From an uncultured virus (IMG/VR IMGVR_UViG_3300031951_021468) (lineage: Duplodnaviria > Heunggongvirae > Uroviricota > Caudoviricetes): a stretch of 64,000 nt of DNA. Made by a program: the position numbers and the translations under genes. The stretch lies in IMG/VR virus record IMGVR_UViG_3300031951_021468. One strand, written 5' to 3'. The notes under the pieces are model-generated. The model saw only the letters and a list, made by a program, of their open reading frames with translations, was not told the origin of the DNA and did no database searches. The stretch's first letter is position 1. Each line of letters begins with the position of its first letter. Positions 20,501-29,402 of the stretch are shown here, in pieces.

Positions 20501-21735
20501 CGATGGAACGAGCATTGCTCAAAATCAAAATGCCTACACTATTGGCCAATATTAAAAAAGGTACGATTGTTTATTCGCATTACGTCGGTGGGGGAGAACT
20601 CACACAAATGATTGCTGACGAGATTCGCGCTAAACTTAAGTTAAAGGTTGGTATTTTCACGGGTGAAGACAATACGGGCGTGGACTTGTTCCGCGATGGC
20701 AAGGTAGATGTTCTCGTTGGTAGCAAGCCTGTGTCTACGGGTGTGGATGGATTGCAACATGTCTCCAACCGAATGGTGATTTCATCGTTGCCCTGGACTG
20801 CGGCAGAATACCATCAGCTAATTGGTCGCATCCATCGCCAGGGCAGTAAGTTTACTGATGAAGGTGTAGACATTGTGATCCCCGTGGTTTACGTGGAAGG
20901 CTTCGTGGAAGGAGGCATTAAGCCTTTGCGCTGGTCCTATGACGAGTCTCGCCTTGGTCGTATCCACTATAAACGAACACTTGCGGATTGTGCCGTAGAT
21001 GGCACTGTTGCGAAGGGTGAGCTTGCTGATCCTTCTAAGATGCTTAAGAAGTCGCAAGAAGCTCTTGATAAGTGGGTTGAGCGACTGGAAAACGACGAGA
21101 TTATGCTAATTGATCGCTCCATGCTGATCATTCCGCTTCCGCCCGAAGTAGAAATAGAAGCAAAACGTCGCCATGGTGATTTTAGTGAAATGAATCGTCG
21201 ATGGAACATCACGAATTCACAAAAAACACACAAGCGGCTTCAAGATGACCCATCGGAATGGTATCTGTATCACACGCTCTATGGGGACAAACGAAAGAAC
21301 TGGGAAGAGATTCCTTACGAAAAGATTGCTGAGAAAATCAATCAAATGTCACAGCGATTAGTAGTGGCTGATCTCGGGTGTGGAGAGGCCTTGCTTGCCA
21401 AGGCATTGCCAAATCATCGAGTTCACAGCTTCGATCATATCGCGATCAATGAAGACGTTGTATCTTGTGATATATCTAAAATTCCTTTGATGAACGGCGA
21501 TATTGACGTTGCTGTATTCTCGCTTTCGCTCATGGGATGCAATCTTGGAGAGTATCTAACAGAAGCTCATCGTTGCCTTGCGAACGGCGGGACACTTATG
21601 ATCGCAGAGCCAAAGGATCGCTGGTCCGATTGTGTGTCAGAATTGATTCAGGAAATTGAATCAGCTGGATTTGTGATCGAAGAACAGGAAATTAGATACC
21701 AATTCCTTTATGTAACAGCAAGAAAGCCCCTGTAA
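17506..21735 (+). CDS. Repeat-array (integrase-repeat-like) + SF2 helicase + Rrp8-like SAM methyltransferase fusion
   Basis: 8 x 66-aa repeats; SGTGAGKT, DEIH, SAT, QLIGRIHRQG helicase motifs; ADLGCGE and FSLSLMG methyltransferase motifs. Confidence 0.85.
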   Translation: MSITKTRKFLDFKSARDYARSLGLKNREEWSSYCKSGQRPDDIPTTPDRSYKDKGWKGWGDWLGTGTIAPKDRVYKPFEDARDHARSLGLKSLREWKSYCKSGQKPDDIPYNPDRSYKDQEWKGWGDWLGTGTIASFNRVYKPFENARDQVRSLGLKSLREWESYCKSGQKPDDIPAAPYQSYKDQGWIGMGDWLGTGTIASFNRVYKPFENARDYTRSLGLKNRDEWYSYCKSGQKPDDIPAHPDHVYKDQGWNGYGDWLGTGTIALQDRVFRPFEDARDHARSLGLKNLEEWKSYCKSGQKPDDIPAAPDHVYKDQGWNGYGDWLGTGTVAPQDRVFRPFEDARDHARSLGLKNREEWKSYYKSGQKPDDIPANPDRSYKDQGWNGYGDWLGTGTIASQDRVYKPFEDARDYARSLGLKNLEEWKSYCKSGQKPDDIPVAPHQSYKDQGWIGMGDWLGTGTVAPQDRVFRPFEDARDYARSLRLKSQGEWSPYCKSGQKPDDIPGDPSKSYKDRGWTSWSDFLGYQGHWNSRSYLGFLKSIQSLAPYLDASELYLIQMQSGLAKAASLGTSKASKLIKRLEEIIDSNKSDEEKQAILDEIIKDTEDAIENGEITDEELDDFDDFDDYQVVDTVADDEANGPRATGIAALTANHPIKPLKSRDFSTPDNLVGNIPAMADGEAIGFMIANRTQRLWNAFLNNGEDINAPDIQEVLSYSDKGEYYQVIVNKFLTQLEQAKNIPIPDGYKFRLKGQTEITLPNMMQRLTTVLVQNQSYVLNMSGTGAGKTLSAVFTSRVIDARVTVIVAMNATLSGWESVIKNTFPDSVVFTKDLDTVDFDRDKHNYVILNFESFQQPNSSNYVRKLLESASIDFLVIDEIHNIKQRSEDESKRLQILRALRVQAQENNPELKVLGMSATPVINNLMEGKKLLEFVTGHEYKDLMHKSNVNNALRLHYHLVINGIRYRPSYMDQPREHHPEIDASDHIDNLLKVPKGDVVAMERALLKIKMPTLLANIKKGTIVYSHYVGGGELTQMIADEIRAKLKLKVGIFTGEDNTGVDLFRDGKVDVLVGSKPVSTGVDGLQHVSNRMVISSLPWTAAEYHQLIGRIHRQGSKFTDEGVDIVIPVVYVEGFVEGGIKPLRWSYDESRLGRIHYKRTLADCAVDGTVAKGELADPSKMLKKSQEALDKWVERLENDEIMLIDRSMLIIPLPPEVEIEAKRRHGDFSEMNRRWNITNSQKTHKRLQDDPSEWYLYHTLYGDKRKNWEEIPYEKIAEKINQMSQRLVVADLGCGEALLAKALPNHRVHSFDHIAINEDVVSCDISKIPLMNGDIDVAVFSLSLMGCNLGEYLTEAHRCLANGGTLMIAEPKDRWSDCVSELIQEIESAGFVIEEQEIRYQFLYVTARKPL
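17527..19083 (+). repeat. Coding tandem repeat, 8 x 198 nt
   Basis: Unit F..ARD.ARSLGLK...EW..YCKSGQKPDDIP..P...YKDQGW.G.GDWLGTGT.A. Confidence 0.95.
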
Positions 21736-21823
21736 TGCGGGGCTTTCGAATCACAATCGTTTATATATTTTATTGTGGAATAATGGTATTGGCAAGCCTA
21801 TAAAAACAAAGGGATGTAAAAAC

Positions 21824-22591
21824 ATGTCAAAAAATAAAAATAACGAAGCGACAAAAAAATCTGTCGAAAATAAGGTAACAATTCCTGTTTCTAAAGCCTA
21901 TTCGCGCCACGGTGCGACTCCCATGTTGCTAAGTCATAATGAGGAACACTGGTCATCACTTCGTAAGTCTTGGTCAGAACACGGAGTTGAACTTAGCGAG
22001 GACAAGCCTATTGAAGACATGAAAAATGCCATTAGCGGTGCGGCGGAACCATTGTGGGACGTGACAAGACAAACTCAGATGATAAACAACTCAACAGCCC
22101 ATCAGGGTAGAAAATTGGTGAACGTCAAAATCACAAGCCCAAAGGGCTTAAAAAAAGGTGAATGGGAGACACAAATCATGAACATACACTTTAACACTGG
22201 GCTTAAATATGATAAAATGATTATGCCGTGGCATGTAAGGATTTTCAACTTTAAGCGTTTTCGCAGTGTTAAGGCAGTCTACACTGTGGGATTTGAACCA
22301 TATCTTGATTTGCTTCATCCTATAACTATTAATTCTGATGCAAAAACTATTCACGAAAATGCTTATAAAGCCATCAGTGCCACGATTCCTAAAACATTCA
22401 TTATAAAGAAGATTAATGTCAAAATTGATCAAGATGTTACAGGCTTGGGCAATCTTACCAAATGGATGAAAATGCAAGTAATTAAGTTTAAATTTAACAA
22501 TAAGCGTCGCAAAGCAGAGCATGATGTGAAAAGAGGTCGAGCGCCAGACCAGCTCCATGCTCGATCATCTTATGAAACGATTGATGATTGA
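21824..22591 (+). CDS. Hypothetical protein, paralogue 1
   Basis: MSKNKN...ARSSYETIDD; aligns with the 22710 gene. Confidence 0.75.
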   Translation: MSKNKNNEATKKSVENKVTIPVSKAYSRHGATPMLLSHNEEHWSSLRKSWSEHGVELSEDKPIEDMKNAISGAAEPLWDVTRQTQMINNSTAHQGRKLVNVKITSPKGLKKGEWETQIMNIHFNTGLKYDKMIMPWHVRIFNFKRFRSVKAVYTVGFEPYLDLLHPITINSDAKTIHENAYKAISATIPKTFIIKKINVKIDQDVTGLGNLTKWMKMQVIKFKFNNKRRKAEHDVKRGRAPDQLHARSSYETIDD

Positions 22592-22709
22592 TCTTCAGAA
22601 ATCCCTGAAAGCCCCTGTAATACGGGGCTTTCGAATTACAATTGCTTATGGATTTTATTGTGGAACAATGGCATTGACGAGCCCATAAAAAACAAAGGTA
22701 TGTAAAAAC

Positions 22710-23477
22710 ATGTCAAAAAATAAAAACAAAAGGACAAAAAAGACTGTGGAGAAAGATATAAAATTTTCTCCCGTTCAAAACAACTCACAACATGATGCGA
22801 CCGCTGCGTCAATCAATGAGGACCACTGGAAAGAAATTCGCAAAAACTGGGCAGAAATTGGAGTTGAGCTTAGTGAAGACCAGCCGTTTAAAGACATGGA
22901 AGTTGCCATCAGAACGGCGACACAAGGTATGTGGGGTGCAGCAGCGTCTGAACCAGTTCCCCGAAGTCATAGACATATTCAGTCAGTGGCCGTGACGTTC
23001 AAGAGTATGGACGCCATGAAGAGAGGGGCATGGGAAAATCAACTTATAAACATACATTTCAGCACTCGCCTTGATTATGACAAAATGATTGTTCCCTGGT
23101 ACGCAAGGCTTTTCGGCAGCACCCGCTACCGCAGGATTAAAGCAATTTACACTGTAAAATGTGATCCGTATCTTAAATTTAACCATCCCGTCGTTGGCCT
23201 TGCCAATATGAAAAAATTCAGCGAAAATGTTTTCATAGCCCTTGATGGCGCGATGCCAAAAACACTCATGGTGAAGAAAATTGATATCATGATTGATCAA
23301 GATGTTAAAGTTCTTGGAAGTCTTACTGAATGGGCGCGACTGCAAGTAATTAAGTTTAAATTTAACATGAAGCGTCGTAACTTAGAGCATGATTCAAAAA
23401 GAGGGCAAGAGGTAAAAAAGGCCCAAGCACAAGATCAACCTCGCGCTCGATCATCTTATGAAACGATTGATGATTGA
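22710..23477 (+). CDS. Hypothetical protein, paralogue 2
   Basis: MSKNKN...ARSSYETIDD. Confidence 0.75.
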   Translation: MSKNKNKRTKKTVEKDIKFSPVQNNSQHDATAASINEDHWKEIRKNWAEIGVELSEDQPFKDMEVAIRTATQGMWGAAASEPVPRSHRHIQSVAVTFKSMDAMKRGAWENQLINIHFSTRLDYDKMIVPWYARLFGSTRYRRIKAIYTVKCDPYLKFNHPVVGLANMKKFSENVFIALDGAMPKTLMVKKIDIMIDQDVKVLGSLTEWARLQVIKFKFNMKRRNLEHDSKRGQEVKKAQAQDQPRARSSYETIDD

Positions 23478-23631
23478 TCTTCAAAATTCCCCATTGTTCT
23501 AGTACCATGTTCCGTATGTTAAAACAATGGGGAATTTTTTCGCGCATTGATTATTGTCACAAAGTGCTTTCTTGGATATGATTGTAGTTTAAAAATCCCC
23601 TTTTTATTTATTTCACAATCATATAATAATT

Positions 23632-24429
23632 ATGTCAATTACTAAAACAAGCAAGTATCTTGATTTTGAGTCTGCTCGCGATTATGTTCAGTCATTGAAT
23701 TTAAAAAGTTTCACAGATTGGCTATCTTATTGCAGATCGGGCCTGAAGCCCTGTAATATTCCTAGCTCACCGACCACAGTTTACAAAGATCAAGGATGGA
23801 AAGGATGGGGGGATTGGTTAGGAAATAATAGATTATCACCAAGAAATCGTCAATACCTTGATTTTGAGTCTGCTCGCGATTATGTTCGGTCATTGAATTT
23901 GAAAAATGCAAAAGAATGGGAAGCTTATATTAAATCTGGTCAAAGGCCCAGTAATATACCTTCAGCACCAAGGTCTATCTACAAAGATAAAGGATGGGTT
24001 TCTCTTGGTGATTGGCTTGGTACTAAATCAGTATCATATCGATACCGCCAATATCTTGATTTTGAGTCTGCTCGCGATTATGCTCGATCACTGGGATTGA
24101 AAAACGCGAAAGAATGGTTTTCCTATTGCAAATCAGGTCAAAAGCCCAATAACATACCGTGGTTGCCTTGTAAAAAATATGAGAACCAAGGATGGGAAGG
24201 CTATGGTGATTGGCTTGGTACAAAAACTAGGCGAAGAGGAGGAAAGTTTCTTGATTTTGAATCTGCTCGGGATTATGTTCGATCACTGGGACTCCAAAGT
24301 TCGCAGGATTGGAATAAGTTTTCTGCATCTGAAGAAAGACCATATAACATTCCGTCATGTCCACACCTTACATACAAAAACAAGGGATGGAAAGGATGTC
24401 CTGACTGGATTGGCAACCACGATAAGTAA
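23632..24429 (+). CDS. Repeat-only protein (4 integrase-repeat-like units)
   Basis: Same MSITKT start and the same ~66-aa repeat as the 17506 gene; no enzyme domains. Confidence 0.85.
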   Translation: MSITKTSKYLDFESARDYVQSLNLKSFTDWLSYCRSGLKPCNIPSSPTTVYKDQGWKGWGDWLGNNRLSPRNRQYLDFESARDYVRSLNLKNAKEWEAYIKSGQRPSNIPSAPRSIYKDKGWVSLGDWLGTKSVSYRYRQYLDFESARDYARSLGLKNAKEWFSYCKSGQKPNNIPWLPCKKYENQGWEGYGDWLGTKTRRRGGKFLDFESARDYVRSLGLQSSQDWNKFSASEERPYNIPSCPHLTYKNKGWKGCPDWIGNHDK

Positions 24430-24503
24430 AATAATGCAGGAAAACACAATTAAACTTGAAGAAAAATACCAAAGGGCTAAATTAGTCCCGAAGGAGTTCA
24501 ACG

Positions 24504-24764
24504 ATGAGCTTACCGCAAAATAATCATTTAGAACAAATGATCAAAAATCACGAAGCAGAAAAAAGAGAACTGCTGAATGAAATGTTTCTTATAGGAAAAC
24601 GATCAGAAACAATCCACAAGGAAAATCAAAAATTATCGCAAGCAATTAAAGAAATGCTTGCGATAATCGAGGAAGAGCGATCAGAAAACTCAAGCGAATA
24701 CCATAAGGGCTGGAATGATGCTTTGGAAAGCATTTCTGATCGTTTAAGAAAGGCTCTTAGTTAA
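24504..24764 (+). CDS. Small coiled-coil protein
   Basis: AAGGAG SD; heptad pattern. Confidence 0.6.
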   Translation: MSLPQNNHLEQMIKNHEAEKRELLNEMFLIGKRSETIHKENQKLSQAIKEMLAIIEEERSENSSEYHKGWNDALESISDRLRKALS

Positions 24765-24994
24765 CCTACGCCCACGCGCTTAATAATGCCCCGATCATCG
24801 GTCGTCACTTTGAGTCTATCTTCGCGAAATTCCATATCAGTGAATCCATTGTCAACACAGATTCTAACAGACTTTAGGCCATTTTTAATGGCCAGTTGCT
24901 CTACTGTTTGCTGTGCAATATGACTTCCCTCAAGTGATGTAACTTCACTTGCGTTTACAAGTTTTTTGCCGACTAAATGATTGAATTTATCCAT
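24761..24994 (-). CDS. Peptidase inhibitor I78 / potato-inhibitor-like protein
   Basis: LVGK...VRI...FTDMEFREDRLKV..DDRGII.RV.VG. Confidence 0.7.
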   Translation of the reverse strand: MDKFNHLVGKKLVNASEVTSLEGSHIAQQTVEQLAIKNGLKSVRICVDNGFTDMEFREDRLKVTTDDRGIIKRVGVG

Positions 24995-25019
24995 TCTGAT
25001 CACAATTATACAATTTACT

Positions 25020-25556
25020 TTATTTATTTTTATTGAAAAAATGCGGATGCATATATCTAATTGCATCTTTTAAGTCTTCCATTGCTTTAAAATGCATTCT
25101 TCCCTTTTGTCCATGAGCGTGATCATTAAGAGAGGCGATCACGCCTGTTTCAAAAATAGGATGCCCGACCAGATCGGGGTGCGATATAGCAAAGTGCTTA
25201 GTTGTATCTGCAACGTCGAATCCCAGTGATCTGACTATTTTTTCAAACTCTTTTCGCGATAATTCTCCTGGAACTTTTCCTGATCTCATTAATTCAATCA
25301 TTCTTCTTGTGTCTTTTGGCAATGACTCAAGCTGAACTTCGTTTTTAATCGGAGAGGCTTCAGTTTGTTTATTTTTTAAGGTTTGCTTCCAGGCATCGGG
25401 CTGGGTCCAATCAATTTCTTCGCTTTGATCATATTGGGCCATGCGACGATTAGCAACGGCACGCGCATGCCTAAATAGAAAATTATCAAGAATGTCCGCG
25501 GTTTTATGATCGCCAATTGTTTCATATTGCTGAATGATTTCTGACAGTTTGATCAT
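25020..25556 (-). CDS. Helical-tag protein with C-terminal HicA-like domain
   Basis: N-terminal QYETIGDHKTADILD tag; LSRKEFEKIVRSLGF...TKHFAISHPD...H. Confidence 0.55.
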   Translation of the reverse strand: MIKLSEIIQQYETIGDHKTADILDNFLFRHARAVANRRMAQYDQSEEIDWTQPDAWKQTLKNKQTEASPIKNEVQLESLPKDTRRMIELMRSGKVPGELSRKEFEKIVRSLGFDVADTTKHFAISHPDLVGHPIFETGVIASLNDHAHGQKGRMHFKAMEDLKDAIRYMHPHFFNKNK

Positions 25557-25668
25557 TAGACACTCTCAAATCAAATATTATTCGGATCGAACTCAATGTC
25601 CTTCTTGCACGCATTGTTATTTCTGTATAATCCATTTGGTTTTTGCCAATATATTAAACAGATTCACT

Positions 25669-26619
25669 ATGAGCGACATCGGTAAAATAATTCATAAGAA
25701 AGTAAAGCGCAATGAGCAATATGCGCTTATGGCATCAATTGCTGTTTGGGTGGAAGACAATCAAGACCTCGTTAAACTAGCGCAAAATTTATCTCAAAAG
25801 ACGTTATCACTGGGCCTTTGCGATTCTGGACTGCATCATCCATTTCAGATTGTTCCCCAGGATATGTTTTCTGAAAGAGACACTTTGTACCATGACATTT
25901 TCTTAAATATCGACCATGCCGCATGGGGATACTTTAGATTAAATATCAAATCGTTAAACGAAATGCAGATTGTTGCTCCTAAAATATCTATGTGGCCCGA
26001 AAACACTCTTCGCAGCGAAGAGGAGGCCAATGAATTCATCGAGGCCTTGGCTGCAACACTCGATGATTTGTACAGTCTTGATGAGTCAGCTGAAGCACGA
26101 TCATGGGACGATATTAATTCAAAGCTTGAAAAAATGGTGAATGAATACAGAAATAAAATTGACCCCGAACTCAAGCAGATCATAGATTACGTTAAGAGCG
26201 TGCCGAATGCATTAATCACTGAACCCAATAGTGGAACTAGTCAACTTGCAAAAGATTCGCCATATCGGTTTGATTTAGCGTTGTTGCACCCAGAAAACTG
26301 GAGCATTAAGGATAATAACAACAATGACGAATTGGAAAATTTCAGAGAAGCATTGAGGAAGTTTTTTACATTTGAGAACAGTCATGCGGCCTTTTTGTAT
26401 GCTGCACAAAAGCTTTTGGTGCAGCATGGCTATAAAGTTCAAGTAGTTACTGATTCTGCAGAAGGTGAGCCAGACACAACTGATTTTGCCGTGATGGCTG
26501 ATGTCGGAGGCATGGTATACGTTCGGCCTGTATTGCACGCAACATCGATTGTAATCACCGATGGTCCAAAGCCGAAGAAAAAGCAAAAACCACAAGATTT
26601 TGGACTAATTATGGAGTAA
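25669..26619 (+). CDS. Hypothetical protein
   Basis: Long ORF; start moved to MSDIG to avoid overlapping the divergent gene. Confidence 0.65.
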   Translation: MSDIGKIIHKKVKRNEQYALMASIAVWVEDNQDLVKLAQNLSQKTLSLGLCDSGLHHPFQIVPQDMFSERDTLYHDIFLNIDHAAWGYFRLNIKSLNEMQIVAPKISMWPENTLRSEEEANEFIEALAATLDDLYSLDESAEARSWDDINSKLEKMVNEYRNKIDPELKQIIDYVKSVPNALITEPNSGTSQLAKDSPYRFDLALLHPENWSIKDNNNNDELENFREALRKFFTFENSHAAFLYAAQKLLVQHGYKVQVVTDSAEGEPDTTDFAVMADVGGMVYVRPVLHATSIVITDGPKPKKKQKPQDFGLIME

Positions 26620-26624
26620 AAAAT

Positions 26625-27713
26625 ATGAATAAATTGCCAGTTTCAGTTTTGTCGGGCTTTTTAGGCGCGGGCAAAACTACTTTATTGAATCATATTCTTA
26701 GTAATCAAAATAAATATAAAGTTGCCTTGATTATTAATGACATGTCTGAAATTAACATCGATGCTGAGTCTATTAAAGGCAAGATTGTCAGAGCCGATGA
26801 AGATGTTGTTGAGTTGACAAATGGTTGTATTTGTTGTACTTTAAGGCAAGATTTGCTAAAAGAAATTTCCCGATTGGCACTTGAGGAAAAGTATGATTAT
26901 TTGATCGTAGAATCCACGGGTATATCCGAACCTATGCCCGTGGCGAATACATTTGCAATGCCAATTGACGACAATAGAGTGCTTGGAGATATTGCGCGGC
27001 TAGACGCTATGGTGACAGTTGTTGATGCTTCATCAATCGTGGAAAATCTTAAACAAAATCATGCAGCGGATGGAGCCGAAAAGCCCCTAAGCCAATTGCT
27101 TGTCGATCAAATTGAATTTGCAGACATCATTGTTGTGAATAAATGCGATCTTGTAAGCGAAGACAAGAAACAAGAAGTTTTGTCTTTTGTGAAAAAGATG
27201 AATCCGAAATCAAAGATAATTACTGCCACCAATGGAGAAGTTAATATTGATGAAATTCTGGACACTGAATTGTTTAACATGCATCAAGCAACACAACATC
27301 CAGGCTGGTGGGAAGAACTTCATAACGGTCATGAATCTGAGATTGATGAATACGGCTTTAGTAGTTTTGTCTTTTCTACGAACATGCCCCTAAAATCTGA
27401 AAGAGTGGCAGAAGCCATGAAAAAAGAATGGAAAGGCGCATTGCGCGTTAAGGGATGGTTTTATACAAGCTCAAATCCCAATTACAAATATATCATTGCT
27501 CAAGCTGGTAACCAGCGTGTTGTCGAGTATTGCATGCCATGGGGAAATGAAACTCCTATGTCACAAATCGTTTTCATTGGCATAGGAATAGACAAAAAAC
27601 AAATAGAGTCACTCTGGAATAATTGTATTTTGACAGATAGCGAGTTGTTAAAATGGGAAGAAAATAATTATTCCGAAGAAAACGATCCCTTCAAACAAAT
27701 GCTTGGAATTTAA
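26625..27713 (+). CDS. COG0523/CobW-family G3E GTPase (Zn metallochaperone)
   Basis: [38 protein letters not shown]-terminal domain. Confidence 0.92.
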   Translation: MNKLPVSVLSGFLGAGKTTLLNHILSNQNKYKVALIINDMSEINIDAESIKGKIVRADEDVVELTNGCICCTLRQDLLKEISRLALEEKYDYLIVESTGISEPMPVANTFAMPIDDNRVLGDIARLDAMVTVVDASSIVENLKQNHAADGAEKPLSQLLVDQIEFADIIVVNKCDLVSEDKKQEVLSFVKKMNPKSKIITATNGEVNIDEILDTELFNMHQATQHPGWWEELHNGHESEIDEYGFSSFVFSTNMPLKSERVAEAMKKEWKGALRVKGWFYTSSNPNYKYIIAQAGNQRVVEYCMPWGNETPMSQIVFIGIGIDKKQIESLWNNCILTDSELLKWEENNYSEENDPFKQMLGI

Positions 27714-27717
27714 TAAT

Positions 27718-28488
27718 ATGGAAATGAAAACAATAACTCTCGTGCCCACTAAACATGAAAATGTTTTGATAGACCCCAAAAAATATCAAGTATCTCCTGA
27801 AGTGATCGGACTCGATCCCAATTTAGCTATTAAACCAGCGCATGTTAAAGTGACATATGATTTATTTTGGCCCACAAAACCTTGGGCAATGGCAGAACTC
27901 AAATATCAGGACATGTCGTCTGCGTTTCTTAAAATAGAAGGCTCAAAGGTAGTCGGGACTGATATGAAAATAAGAATTGTCCGAAATGATCCCAAGAAAC
28001 TCCAATACTTAACAGCCCGAACAGACGGTATATTCTGCCTCAGTTGGCTTTTTCACAGAGGCATTCAAACCTTTGCAAACACGTATGATAAGATCATAAT
28101 GGAATCAAAATATTTATATTTTAAGACTGAAATGAAAATGAACCCACCTTACAAAATTAGCATTCCTAAGTCAAAAACTGGTTTTTACCTTTTGCCAATT
28201 AATTATACTTGTCTGTCTCACACATGGAGCCCCGAAAAGTATAATTTCGTCATGGCTGGAACCAAAATGTCAAACAAAAAGCGTTTTATGATTGTGGATT
28301 TTGATCCTATGCGAAGATGCTTGGTGGTGATAAGAGCCGATGGCTGGAGGTTTTTAACTGCATATTTTCACAAGATTTTTCTAAAAAAGAAAATTGAGAA
28401 AAAAATTCTATCATATCCGCCTGAAACGTTTTGGCCAAGCATTTTAATGAGGCATAACAAAGAAAATAAACACAATCCGCTTCGATAG
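27718..28488 (+). CDS. Hypothetical protein
   Basis: ORF directly following the GTPase. Confidence 0.6.
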   Translation: MEMKTITLVPTKHENVLIDPKKYQVSPEVIGLDPNLAIKPAHVKVTYDLFWPTKPWAMAELKYQDMSSAFLKIEGSKVVGTDMKIRIVRNDPKKLQYLTARTDGIFCLSWLFHRGIQTFANTYDKIIMESKYLYFKTEMKMNPPYKISIPKSKTGFYLLPINYTCLSHTWSPEKYNFVMAGTKMSNKKRFMIVDFDPMRRCLVVIRADGWRFLTAYFHKIFLKKKIEKKILSYPPETFWPSILMRHNKENKHNPLR

Positions 28489-28538
28489 TTGAAAATCGCA
28501 AAGCAGGAATTGTGTCCATAAAAAAATAAATCTAAAAT

Positions 28539-29390
28539 ATGGGCACAATTCCTTATATCGGCAAACGAATGACTCGCGAAGAGTTCAGATCATATTTGAA
28601 ATCACTGACTTTTGGTTCTTTTAAGCCCCGATTTGTCACACTCCACCACACTGGTCAGCCTAATTTGGCCAATCGTCCAAATGGCCTCAGCAATCAACAC
28701 TTACTGAATTTGAAGCATTATTACGAAAACACAATGGATTGGAATGGTGCGCCACACGTGTTTGTGGACGATCAGGGAGACGGCATCATCCTGTTCCAGC
28801 GCATGGATCGTCGTGGTGTTCACGCAGTGAGTTTCAATCGTAACAGCTGGGGTGTTGAGATGTTGGGATACTACGATAGGGAAAGTTTCGACACTGGTCG
28901 TGGGGCAAAAGTACGAGATAATTCTATGGCTGCGTTAGCGATCATGTGTGAAGCACTTGGTGTCGAAGCAGACACGATCAAATTCCATCGTGACGATCCT
29001 AAGACAACGAAAACCTGTCCTGGCCTCAAAGTGACGAAGGCTGATGTTGTGAGTCGTGTAGCTGCACTGATGAATACTTCTGTGCCTGAAGACACGACGG
29101 AAGACAATGATTTCGTGATCGTGTTGCCTGATGGGAAGACTTTTGAGAACACGCGATTGAAAGATGGTCGCTTGATGGTTCGGGCTAGAGATTTTCTTAT
29201 GGCTATCGATCCCAATGGCACCTTGGTGGTTCGTGGTCGCGTGCTCACATGGGGCACTGGAAACATTAAACCTCAAATTCAAATCGCTGAAATCGACGAG
29301 AAGGGCGCGGGATGGGTGTTTGTGCGCGATGTAGCTGTGGCCAAGGGCCTGAAAATCACAGTGGATCAAAAGAAGATTGTTTTAACCTAA
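28539..29390 (+). CDS. N-acetylmuramoyl-L-alanine amidase (endolysin)
   Basis: TLHHT, APHVFV, GVHA, GVEMLG, FHRD...KTCPG. Confidence 0.85.
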   Translation: MGTIPYIGKRMTREEFRSYLKSLTFGSFKPRFVTLHHTGQPNLANRPNGLSNQHLLNLKHYYENTMDWNGAPHVFVDDQGDGIILFQRMDRRGVHAVSFNRNSWGVEMLGYYDRESFDTGRGAKVRDNSMAALAIMCEALGVEADTIKFHRDDPKTTKTCPGLKVTKADVVSRVAALMNTSVPEDTTEDNDFVIVLPDGKTFENTRLKDGRLMVRARDFLMAIDPNGTLVVRGRVLTWGTGNIKPQIQIAEIDEKGAGWVFVRDVAVAKGLKITVDQKKIVLT

Positions 29391-29402
29391 GGGATATTTT
29401 CA

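Larger units (their letters stand above)
21722..23490 (+). repeat. Tandem duplication of a ~885-bp unit (hairpin + promoter + gene)
   Basis: GAAAGCCCCTGTAAT[G/A]CGGGGCTTTCGAAT at 21722 and 22607; both genes end GCTCGATCATCTTATGAAACGATTGATGATTGATCTTCA. Confidence 0.9.
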
